64,000 nt of DNA from Callorhinchus milii (Eukaryota), in contig NW_024704742.1 of the NCBI RefSeq assembly GCF_018977255.1, forward strand, positions 29,328,001 to 29,392,000, read 5' to 3'. This document shows positions 48,161-59,430 of the stretch, one piece after another. The notes below the pieces were generated by a model. The model did not search any database. It was not told the origin of the DNA and was given only the letters and a program-made list of their open reading frames with translations. Position 1 is the first letter of the stretch. Every line of letters begins with the position of its first letter. The translations under genes and the position numbers were made by a program.

Positions 48161-50239
48161 ACCCAGATCAATAATAATAAATAATAATAATAAACACCAC
48201 CCTTGAATTTGATTCAGCACCTATAATGTCAAATTGTCACAAAGAACTTTACAGGTTATTACTGTTTAAAAGATGTCAGCTGGTGACACTCTCATCTCTG
48301 AGTCTGAAGTCAAAGGAGGGCTTTGAAGGTGGGATTTGAGCTCACAGTCCAAGCTGACACTCCAGAGCAGAGCTCGGTTCTGCAGCAGCTTTCAGATGGG
48401 ATGTTAAAACTAGCCTGTTCAAGTAGATGTTAAAGATCCCACAACACTGTTCAAAAGAAGAATTTCCCCCATGTGTCCCTCACCAACAATCCTCCAACAA
48501 TTGGTTGCTATGTTTTTGTCTACAAATGCATAACTTCTGCATTGAAGTTAATTGTCCATGAGGTGCTTTGAGACACAACATTATAGGTGCTCAGGTGAAA
48601 GGATTATTATTGAAAACAGTCACTACACTTGATAAGTAGCTGTGAAGCACTTTATTATAAGAATTATAATAATCCTTGCAATTGATATAGTGCCTGATCA
48701 TGTCTTCAAGGTTTCAAAGAGCTTCACAGAATATACTGCAAACTGAATGGACTGTAAATTTTGTGAGCGAAACCCGGCAGCCAATTGCGCACTTTGAGAT
48801 GTTTTTAAGTGATAGAGCACTATAAAAATCCATTGTCTTTCTTAACAGATGACAATTTGAAATTAAGTTCTTATTCTTGATGCACATTAGCTGCGGCACC
48901 AGGGACATGCAATGAATGTGGCAAGGCTGGGAGTTTGCCAATGGAAAAGGAAGTGAGAAAGGGAGAGAGAGGCAGTTGGTTAGGAAGACACTCACCATTT
49001 CCCGACAGGTGGTTTCAAAGCATCATGTGGGGAAGGAAGCCTGGGAACAGATTGTCCGTCTTCTCGGGCATGTGGGGACCCAGCTGCGGGAACGATAATT
49101 AAACTGGGTCAGAAATGTTCATTCAGAGAAAATCATTTAAATAAAATGATTGCACTTGAAGCAACCTAGTCTGACCCTCAAACCACAGGCCGAGACAATA
49201 ACAGAGCAATCCCCAGGAAGGGAGTCACGAGCTCCATCACCTCCCTGTGATGGGAGGCTGCTTAAAAGCAGAAATTCATCCCCTGCTATTATCATCATCA
49301 ACCTTAATATTTTGCAAAGAAGCTTTTTTTTAAAAAAAAGTAATCAACTTGCAGATTGGGGTTTACTTCAACAAACATTCAGCTTCTGATTTCTGGACAA
49401 GGGACTCGAATCTCTTCACGGCGATGATGGGGAAACCACCAAGCAAGAAGTCTTGTGGGGGAGTTCAAGGGAGTTAAAGCACGACGAGAAGCCACAAAGC
49501 GAAGCGAATTTAGGAGAGAATTCCAGAGGCAGGGGGCATTGGTGGGGGGGTGGGGGGGGGGGGTGTGGGATGGAGTCCACACAGTGTCTGAAGGCTCTGT
49601 CATGCTGATGATAATACTATGGAAGGAATGAACCAGAGTAGGAAAAGCACAAAGTACAGGCAGGAGACTGGGAGCTCTGAGACGCAAGAGCAAGTTGTTG
49701 TTGCTGTTGTTGGGAGTGGAGGAGATTGAAGAGACAGAGAGGGGCAGCATGAAGCTGATGTTGGCACTGCCAACCCAATCTTAATACATTTATGAAACAC
49801 TCTAGTGCTAGATTTACAGCAGAGTACTGAGCGGTGGCCTGCCTGGGCACAGGAAGCATTAAAAAGCTAATTTCCTCCCCAATCCAAAGGCTGAAATGAA
49901 CTGCCACAAACACAGTGCTGACAGTTAACTGTGGAACAAAAGTTAAAACAAACTTTAGTTCAATATCTTATCAGTATTTACAGCAGACTGGATGAAGCAG
50001 TGAGTTAGCACACTGGTCTTTCAGCTCTAGGGCCTGAGTTCAAATCCAGCTCAGACAGATGAAATTAAGAGTGTCTGTATGCAGACAGTGAGTTCCTAAA
50101 GTGGAAAGGAGAAACCTGTCCCCATTTCAGCATTTTTTGGGGGTCGGCCAGGTTTCTGATACACGTGGAAACCCTTCATCACGCTTAAGAGTATCCAAAC
50201 CAAGTTGAGAATTCCATGCATCCCACCTACACATGGAAC

Positions 50240-50650
50240 AGAACAGCAACAACAAAATTACATCTGTATAGAGCCTTTCACATCAGGAGGACATCCCAAG
50301 GCAGTGTTTCAGACCCAAGCTGGGGGTTGGGATTGGGCAGGGGGGAGGGCGGGGGGAGGGCAGGGAAGCAGGGTGATCGAAAGAACAGTTGAAGAGGAGG
50401 GTTTTGAGATGGATCTTGAAGGAGGCAAGGGAGGGGACGAGGCAGAGGGACTGCGGGATGGAGTTCCAGAGGGTAGGGGCAGAGTGGCAGAAGACCCGCC
50501 CGCCAATGGTGGGGCGGAGGACGTGAAGCAGGCCAGAACCCGCTGAGCGGAGGGAGCGGGCAGGATGGTAGATTGTTAATAGGTCGCAGAGGTAGGGGGG
50601 AACAATGCCATGCAGGGCTTTGAAGGTGAGGACTGGGATCTTTAACTGAG
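50240..50650 (-). mobile_element. L2 LINE 3' fragment
   Basis: Family tail aacaacaaaattacatctgtatagagcctttcacatcaggaggacatcccaagg and upstream body. Confidence 0.8.
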
Positions 50651-51857
50651 TCTAACCAGCTAAGCCACATAGTTAGGCAAGGTGAGTTTCTAAAGAGCAA
50701 AGGATGAAACTACCCGCAGTTCCCATCTCTGAGTGACAGCAATGCAAGCACTCACTCCCTGGAGGAATGCATCCTTGCTTAAATAATTTCGGAAAGCATT
50801 AAGCGCAGGTTAGCAAGAGCCAAGGCTTGGGGACCCCAGAACTGTGCTTTGGGGTACTGTTGGTGTCTAACCAGCTAGACCACATAGTTAGACAAGGTGA
50901 GTCTCTAAAGAGCAAAGCATGAAACTACCCCCAGTTCAGCATCTCACAGCAATCTCACTCCAAGTGACCACAGGTAGGCTGGTGGAGGGAATGGAAAATG
51001 CCAGAATATAAGGAGCAAGAATGGGGGAGAAAGGAAAGGGATTCCTCTTCTGAGCCTTGGATAAGGCACTTTGTTGAGCAGAGGGGAGCTTTTCTCTGCA
51101 CCTAACCATCCAATAGTTGATACCACAACCTGCTTGCATTGCTGACACTGGATGCCCAAAATGGAAAAGGTGTTCTATTCCACCAACATTTATTGAATTC
51201 ACTTTATTGAAAAGAAAATTCACCAACAAAAGAAATAACTAAAAGAAAGAAAGAAAAATAATCCAAGAGACTTTCTGTTTCAACTTGGTTTTGCAAAGCT
51301 GGCGTGCCAGTGAAATTCTTTGTTGCATTCCTTTTGTTGGTGATGTATGGCTGTTGATATCCTCAGCGTGTGGGAACGGGTTCGTTTTCTGAAGACGTGC
51401 CCGAAGCCCCAGCCCTCTTTAAAGTGGATTATGGCTTTGCTTGCTCTGCCTCACTGCTCTAGGTAATAAATAATCCCTTCCATAAAATAAATAAAATAAT
51501 AATAATTTGGGTACTCAATCCACGACTGTTGGCGGATCGCTTTCCCAGGGTTAGTAATTCTTAGTAATAAATTGGTCACTTAATGCACGACTGTTTGAGG
51601 GACACCGCTGCGCGAATTGGCTGCCACGTTTCGCCTACAAAATAAAGTCACTTTACAGTATATTCTATGAAGCACTTTGACACATCTCGAAGACGTGATA
51701 AGGCACTATATCAAATGGAAGGATTATTATTATTATGAGGGGGGAGAAGAGAAGAAATGGTTTCATCAACAGAAGCCCTGTTGCGAAAGCAGTTTCGTTT
51801 CTGACTTTTGTGCCATGCTTGTTTGCCATTTGTACATTTAAAAATGTATTTATATGG

Positions 51858-52283
51858 TAGTCTGGCTCATTGGTAGCACTTTCGCCCCCAAGTCAGAACT
51901 TATAAACACATGTCTCATGTTAGGACTTTGACCTCACAATCTTGGGCTGACACTCCAGTGCAGTACTCGGGTGCGCTGCATTGTTTGAGGTGCCATTCTT
52001 TGGAAGAGACATTAAACTGAGGACCCGTCTGTCTGTACAGGCGGACGTTAAAAACCTCACAGCACTATTTGAAAAGGGAAGGGAGTTTTTCTTGGTATCT
52101 TGGCCAACAATCCCCTAGATAAAACTGGTCATTCACTTCACAGCTATTTGTGGGACATTGCTGTGCACACGTTGGCTGTCACGTTCGCCTACAAAAAATA
52201 CACTTTACAGCAAATCCAGTGAAAGGCTTTGAAACATCTCAATGACATAAGTCACTATATAAATGCAAGGGTTATTATTATTA
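51858..52283 (+). mobile_element. Older Deu-domain SINE (SacSINE1-like). Related copies at about 15590-15845, 28760-29090, 29207-29610, 32180-32560, 35500-35900 and 40270-40445.
   Basis: Head ggtagcactttcgcc..agtcagaa, body gctgacactccagtgcagtact...gagacattaaactgagg, Deu domain, L2-like tail. Confidence 0.7.
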
Positions 52284-52899
52284 GCATCATGCAGGTCAAT
52301 TTGTTTTTTTTTAAAAAACAAAGGTTATTTTCGCAGCTCCCAGGCTAAGAAGTGCGCTTCCAAATCTCTGCCAATGGCGAAAAGTAAATTAGGCAAATTC
52401 CAGGCACCAGTAATTCTCAGGCTACTTGAGAATCGCTTCTATTTAAATCAATACTCAAGTACTGAAGTACTGTAGTTAGTAAGCTAAATACAGCTTAAAT
52501 GCAAGTGTCTACAATCATGTGCAATGGAGCGCGATGGTTTATTATTAATAATCCTCATGTTTGGATCTCGTGCCTTTCATGTCAGGAGGTCGTCCCAAAG
52601 TGCTTCACAGAACATACAGTAGTGACTGTGTTTTAACTTTTTAAAAAGGTGTTTAACAAAACGCAATAAAGCCAAATAACAGCCTCAGTTGCAAGTCATT
52701 CTCAATACAGATCCAAGGAAACAAAATCAGTCGAGTCTGAATTATCATGAAACAGTGCACATTGTATTGTGTATTTGTACATAAGGGAGAATAGCAGAGC
52801 ATCAGCAAAGAGACACTATTACGTTATTAGGATTCCAACTGTTTACTTCTACAGAGCAGCTTAAAATAAAATAAAAACAAGTGATACTAATGCACACTT

Positions 52900-53385
52900 T
52901 TTCTAACGTTCTCCTTGCAAACTCCATAAACCAACTCATGCAAAACTCCACCTCTGCATCACCCACAAATTCCGTATGCCCATCACCCCAGTTCTCGCCA
53001 AGCTCCACTGGCTCCCTGTCTCTAAGTGTATCCATATCAAGATCCTCACCCTTACCTACAAATCCATTCAAATCCTAGCAGCTCCCTACCATAACAACAA
53101 AAAATTACATTTGTATAGCGCCTTTCACGTCAGGAGGACATCCCAAGGCACTGGACCGTCAGGGATTTGGAGCTGGCAGTGGGGTTGGGATCAGGAATGG
53201 TGGAGGGCAGGAGGGTAGGAGGGTGACCGAAGGCAGGTCGAAGAGGAGGTCTTGAGACGCGCCTTGAAGAAGGCAACGGAGGGGGGGAGGCGAAGGGACT
53301 GTGGGATGGAGTTCCAAAGGGTGGCGGAGTGAGGCTGAAGGTCTGATCCCCAGGGTGGGGCAGGCCAGAGCCTGCTGAGCGGATG
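52900..53385. mobile_element. L2 fragment (plus strand, about 52900-53090) followed by an antisense L2 3' end (about 53094-53385)
   Basis: ITPVLAKLHWLP on the plus strand; family tail on the minus strand. Confidence 0.75.
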
Positions 53386-54399
53386 GAGTGGACTGATCTC
53401 TCTGATCTCCTCCTACCTCAGTTCTCTGCTCACCCCCTCCAATTGGCTTGCTCGAGCTTGCTGCGCTTCTCCCCCACCCTCTCCACTTTTGTAATTCTAC
53501 AACCTCTGAACTCCCTTCCCCCTCAGTCTTGCCCCTTCTCTATTAGTCTTTAAAACTTGCCTCTGTGGCAGTGCCTATGGTCACCATCTCCCTCCTCAGG
53601 GCCCACCCTAGTCATTGTACAGTGCTCCGAAATTGTATTCTGCATGAAGGGTGCTGCATGAATGCAAGTTGTTGTTGTTTCATGTAAAAACAGCCCAAGA
53701 AACATTAAAACAGACAAATGTGGTTGGGATTGCACAAAATGTACAGCACAAAATTTGACCAGAACAAATGAATGAGATCTGGCAACCAATAAGTGGGATA
53801 CTGTAAATGTGAGACAGTGCTGATAAGCGCTGGGAGATTTTGGAGACATTGCACTCCTAATCTTATCAATAAAAAGGCGCATCAGCACCTATTATTTTAG
53901 AACTGAAATGTATTCCATTGTACTTGTGCCAAACCACTGGGCCGCAAGATAAGAGAAGTGTACAGGAAAGAACAACCACTCCCCTCCCTCCATATATCGT
54001 GAAAACAGACTACTTGGAAAATGCCTGCCCTGCAGCAAGTGAACGCTTTCAGAGCAACGAATCATTTAAACTCCCGAACCTGTTCAACTTGAGAAGAGTT
54101 AAAATGGAGAAAAAAAAATTTAATAAATTAATTTCTGATTTACATTGTCTGTATCATGTGCCTTGTAAGCTACAGTATTTAGCAAATGTGACGGAGAGTT
54201 AATTAAGCCCGCTTCAAAGTAGGACGCAGCAGTTTAATGCTATGAAGTTTAGTGCAGTGCCTTTAGGCCCACTTGCCTCATTTGTCTCTCTCCAATTTAA
54301 TCAACCTTCACAAAGATGAACAGCTGAAGCCCTGTTAATTATATAAAGAAATCTGTACCATTATCAAATCACAAAGTAGGAGCCCTTTCTTTTTATTTA

Positions 54400-54740
54400 G
54401 CCGGGGGGTCCGACACAATGTGGAAACCCATCACCATGCTTAAGACTATCCAAACTGACAGAGAGTTCCGCATATGTATTCCATCTACATACAGAAACTT
54501 CCCTGTCTGGAATGGAATGCACACTCTCCCTCTGGAGGGACTCACTCTGCTTACCTAATTCAAGAGAGTTTTAGGTGCAGGTTGGCAACAGCCAAGGCTT
54601 GGGGGCCCCAGATCGTATGTTGGGGTATTGCTGGAGTTCAATCAATTAAAAACACAACACTTGACATTACGAGCATTGCGCTTGTAAGCTTCCTGCTGCT
54701 CGTCCAGTTAGGACAACCCCTACCTGACTTGCAGGGTTAA
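54400..54740 (+). repeat. Unclassified interspersed repeat; other copies at about 31815-32150, 50140-50240 plus 50740-50880, and 63670-63850
   Basis: Shared blocks GGAAACCC.TCA.CA.GCTTAAGA.TATCCAAAC and CCTGCTTACCTAATTC..GA.AG..TTAG..GCAGGTTGGCAAGAGCCAAGGCTTGGGGACCCCAGA. Confidence 0.7.
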
Positions 54741-56289
54741 CGGGAGATGAGTGGTAAGATTCTCTGCCTCCAGTGTCTGGTGAGCCCCTCCAAGTCCGAC
54801 CAATGAGCCAGGAAGGCTGCTCTGTCATCAGCAGTGAATTACTGAATTACTGATCTTTGTTATTTCAAGAGCTGCTTCATGAGAGGTGGGTTGATGAGCA
54901 ACATCTCTTTGGAACTGAGCTTGGCTATGAAATGTCGGAATCAAGTCAACCCTCTATGGTGGTCTTGGCAGTCCAGTTCCTGAGCCAAACAGGTCCCAAG
55001 TCACTGCTCGGGTAGGACGTATTGTAATGATCAGAAACTACAGGACAACACCATTATAAGGCAGCAGTTGGGGTCCATAGCATTCCAACCCACCTTATCG
55101 GGACCCGATCAAGAGTGGCTGCCAGACAGCACTTCTGCATCGTGACATCACCAATTATATGACCAAATCACGAAGCATGTACACAAAGAGCCATCTGGCT
55201 CAGTCAGCACCCATCACGCTTCAACTGGCTGTGATGCACTTTGAATCCCGTTGTTGTCAATGACAGGTTTTGAAGCTCAACGACAGATTTAGAGTCAGGA
55301 CTTTGGATTTGTTGGCAAGAAAACGCTGGGGTTCACAACAGGGGGGGGGGCAGTCACACTCGTAAGCGAACCAGAGTTATAATGAAGGATATTAACAGAG
55401 TTCTACTGCATTTCCACTGGTCAATGAGTTGGTAACTAGATGGCATAAAGGTAAGTGTATTTTGCCCATAAAATACACACAGGCACACCACTTTACAGTA
55501 CATCCTGTGAAGCACTTTGAAATGTCAAGACAACATGATAAATCGCTATATCAAATGCCAGAATTATTATTATTATTATTATATTAAGATCAACACCAAT
55601 ATAAAAATAAGGACATAAGAGAATGCTTTCTGACACAGGATATATCAGGATATTGAATGTCAAATACTGTATATAAAAAGAATGATTGAAGCAGTTGCAA
55701 AATAGCTTTAAAAAGGACTGGACAAATATTTACAAAAGAAAAATATAGAAAGGAAAATGGCACGGAAGTGAAACTGACTGAACGCGTGCTCTCAGAGAGC
55801 TGGTACAATGGGTTGAATGTCCTCTTTGTGTAAGACTGTAGGTTTCTAGTAGAGATGATGCAAATCCTAACACGGAACTGTAAGGATAGAATGACAATGG
55901 CGACTGAACAGCACATAGTGGGGAGTGGTCTGAGTTATTTATCAACCCTACTCTACACCTGAAACCAGACAATGTGTATTCCTGTGCTTCATTCCTGTTC
56001 CCAGATCTACATCAAAGATATCTGGATAGCTGCCCACCAGCACCTGTATTGGGGAAGCAAAATAAGGGCCAAAAGGGAACAATAGGTTCAGCTGTTATTG
56101 CAAAGTTTCAAAAGCCAACACATGGAGCTTCTGAACTAGAGATGGCTCATCAGCGAGGCAACTGAGGCACTGCCTCACCTATATCTCACAGCAAAACCTG
56201 CGAGACCAGCAGGGGATCTTAACAGATTGAGAATAGTGGGTCTGCCTAGCGTGCGGGAAAGCGGGCCCGGCATGTATATATACAATACA

Positions 56290-56600
56290 AAGGCACTGGA
56301 CAGTCAGGAATTTGGACCCGAGCTGGGGGTCGGGATTGGGGAGGGTGAAGGGCAGGGAGGGTCGGAGGGTGGCCGAAGACTCAGTTGAAGAGGAGGGTTT
56401 TGAGACGCGCCTTGAAGGAGGCAAGGGAAGGAGCAAAGGAATTGTGGGATGGAGTTCCTTAGGATGGGGGCAGAAAGGCTGAAGGCGTAGCCTCCAATGG
56501 TGGAGTGGGCCGAGCGAGGGACCTGGAGCAGGCCAGAGCCTGCTGAGTGGAGGGAGCGGACGGGTTGTTATGGGGTCAACAGGTCACAGAGGTAGGGGTG
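56290..56600 (-). mobile_element. L2 LINE 3' fragment
   Basis: Same family 3' region. Confidence 0.75.
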
Positions 56601-57436
56601 GAATGAGGTCCGATGTGGAGGAACTAGTGAGCTAGTGAGGCTGGGTGAAATTGAGAAAGTGTGACCGGCCAGCATCGACTGAAGACCTTGTGCATTCCTG
56701 AAGCGCCCGGTGCTATGGGAACAATGTACTTGATAAGGCAAACTCATAGATTGCCTCACCTGCCAAAAAAGGCAGCAGCCAACACTGTTCCGAACTATTT
56801 CAGACGAAAAAAAGCTTTGGAACAGCACCGCTCTTTTGGAATATGTTGTACATTAATCACATACTAGTATGTGGATGGGAAACAAGTCATTTTAATAGAG
56901 ATTTGTTTCACAATTCAAGAGTCATCCATCTCCCTCCCAACCAGGCCCTCTCTGTATTATCTTTGTACTTTCAGCCAGTCATCTACTGCAGAGAATCTGA
57001 AGTAAATCAAAACGGTGGTTTCATTGCTTGAGCCATGCCAAACAAGCAGCAAAAGATGGCATAAATGTACAATGAGAGAAAGATATCACACTGATGTGAA
57101 ACGTAAAAGGAACTCACTTTTTATGGCGCTTTTTATGACGTGCTCACGTCAAAAATAACACAAGCCATTTGCATTTATATAGCGCTTTACAGGATAGGAT
57201 AACATCTAGCATCTCAAAAGATAGCAACAATAGATGTTGTATACAAACACAACAGCCATTTACACCAGTCACATCCTGTTGACATGAGGTGAATGACCAA
57301 TTAATCTGGAAGGGGGTTGCTCACCAGGAGAAACTCCATTCTGTTTTCAATAGTCTCATGGGATCTTCAACATCCATCTGAGGAGCAGGCAGATGAGATC
57401 TTAGGCTCAACTGAAGAATGGCACTTCCGACAATGT

Positions 57437-57755
57437 GGAGTCCTGTAGCTCAGTGGTTAGAGCACTCGCTTTGCAAGCGAGAGACCTGAGTTCAATTCCA
57501 GACAGAGGGCGAAACCTTGGGCAAGTTTCCTTACTCCACACGCCTAATAATAATCCCTCCAAAACCCAAAACAATAATAAATTGGTCATTTTCAATCTAC
57601 GACTGTTTGTGGGACATTGCTGTGCGCAATTGGCTGCCGCGTTCGCCCACAAATATACAGTCAATTCACTTTACAGTGTGTTCTGTGAAGCGCTTTGGGA
57701 CGTCCTCCTGACGTGAAAAGCGCTATATCAAATGCAAGATTATTATTATTATTAT
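57437..57755 (+). mobile_element. Full-length tRNA-head, Deu-domain SINE (SINE2-1_CM-like), representative copy
   Basis: Head GTCCTGTAGCTCAGTGGTTAGAGCACTCGC with A box and B box (GTTCAATTCC); central TGTGGGACATTGCTGTGCGCAATTGGCTGCC; L2-like tail; (TTA)n. Confidence 0.85.
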
Positions 57756-57946
57756 AATACAGCCCTCACCCACGACTACACTGACCCAAAACTGTGATCT
57801 CAAATCCCGATTTGGGCTTGAATTGACAACCTTCTGACCCAGAGACCAGAGTGCTACCAACTAAGCCACAGTCACACACAAATGAACTACACACTGATGT
57901 CACATCAGTGAAGTTTTCATGCACATCATCAGTGATCATCAACATT

Positions 57947-58338
57947 GGAATCCTGTAGCTTAGTGGTTAGAGCACTCGCCTTGCAAGTGAGAGGACCCGA
58001 GTTCAATTCTCTGGCGGTGCAAAACCTTAGACAAGTATCCTTACTCCATAAGCCTCTGTTTACCTAGCAGTAAGTAGGAACCCGGTTGTTAGTTGATTGC
58101 GGACCAATTTTTCAGGGTAATAATTCCATCAATTTTTAAAAAAAAAAATAATAATTTGGTCACTCAATCCACGACTGTTTGTGGGATGTTGCTTTGAGCA
58201 ATTGGCTGCCACATTTCGCCCACAAATATACAGTCAATTCACTTTACAGTGTGTTCTGTGAAGCGCTTTGGGATGTCCTCTGACTGAACGTCTCAAAGAT
58301 GTGAAAAGGTGCTATATCAAATACAAAATTATTATTAT
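57947..58338 (+). mobile_element. Full-length SINE, same family
   Basis: Head, Deu domain and tail as in 57437-57755. Confidence 0.85.
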
Positions 58339-58669
58339 CTTCATCAAATGAATCTGTAGCCTGTATAAAATGTTTTGCCTGCTTTGTGCCCAACATCGAT
58401 CAATGTGTTTCTAGGTATTGTGGCCAGTCAGCTTTGTGCTCTTCAGCTGACATTAACACCACCTTCTCTTTCTTCTCCTTCCCCCCCCACCGCAATTACT
58501 TCAGAGGAGATAATGTAACCAAACACAGGGTAGATTGTTGGAGGGCGATATCATTAAAAAGCACAAAAGTTACTGCAGTCAACTCACTCTAACTTGTATT
58601 TATAAAACAATGCTGCTTCTCTGGAGATAACAGTTCAGCTGTTTTCACAGCGCGCTACTTGCACAAGAA

Positions 58670-59130
58670 GAAATTACATTTGTATAGCGCTTTTCACATG
58701 TGGAGGGCATCTCAAGGTACAGTCAAGGATTTGGATCTGAGCTGAGCATTGGGATCAGGAGAAGTGGAGGGCAGGGAGGGTCGGGGTAGGAGGGTGACCG
58801 AAAGTGGGGTCGAAGAGGAGGGTCTTGAGACGAGCCTTAAAATAAGCAAGGAAAGAAGCAAGGCAAAGGGACTGTGGGATGGAGTTTCAAAGGGTGGAGG
58901 CAAAAAGGCTGATGGCCTGATTGCCGATGGTGGGACTGCCGGGCAGGCAGGGGATGTGAAGCAGGCCAGAGTCCACAGAGCAGAGGGAGCGGACAGACCA
59001 GTAAGGGTTAGCAGACCACAGAGCTGGGGAGGAGCAAGGCTGTGAAGGGCTTTGAAAGCACGGGCGAGGATTTTGAACTCTATCCTCTGGGGGGTGGGGA
59101 GCCAGGCGAGGGTGGGGGTGATGGGGTCAG
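58670..59130 (-). mobile_element. L2 LINE 3' fragment
   Basis: DPITPTLAWLP..QRIEFKILA plus family tail. Confidence 0.8.
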
Positions 59131-59205
59131 ATAACTCCTCAGGCATTACAAACTGAACGCTTTCCACAGTGACAAACAAAGCAAAACACAAAATCAAACT
59201 CTATT

Positions 59206-59430
59206 GGGGTGAAAATTCCACCTGAGCAAAGATTTACCCAATTTGTGTAGCATTTTACTGCATCCCAGAATTTGTAAAATTATTGAATTAAGTCTGAACT
59301 TTGATGTCGTGTTCAAAAAGAAACTTTTAAACCGGCTTCAAAATTGAGGCCAAGTTTAAGAATTTGCAAAATTCTGAACACTCCAAAACACAACATAAAT
59401 AAGACTAAATGAAGGTGGAATTTCTCCCCC
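59206..59430. mobile_element. Putative MITE with GGGGTGAAAATTCCACCT / AGGTGGAATTTCTCCCCC termini
   Basis: Terminal inverted repeat 15/18 around a noncoding AT-rich interior. Confidence 0.5.

Noticed and set aside
57437..57510. tRNA-like sequences here and at about 15590, 18130, 57947 and 63344
   Set aside because: They are SINE heads continuous with SINE bodies and tails, not free-standing tRNA genes.
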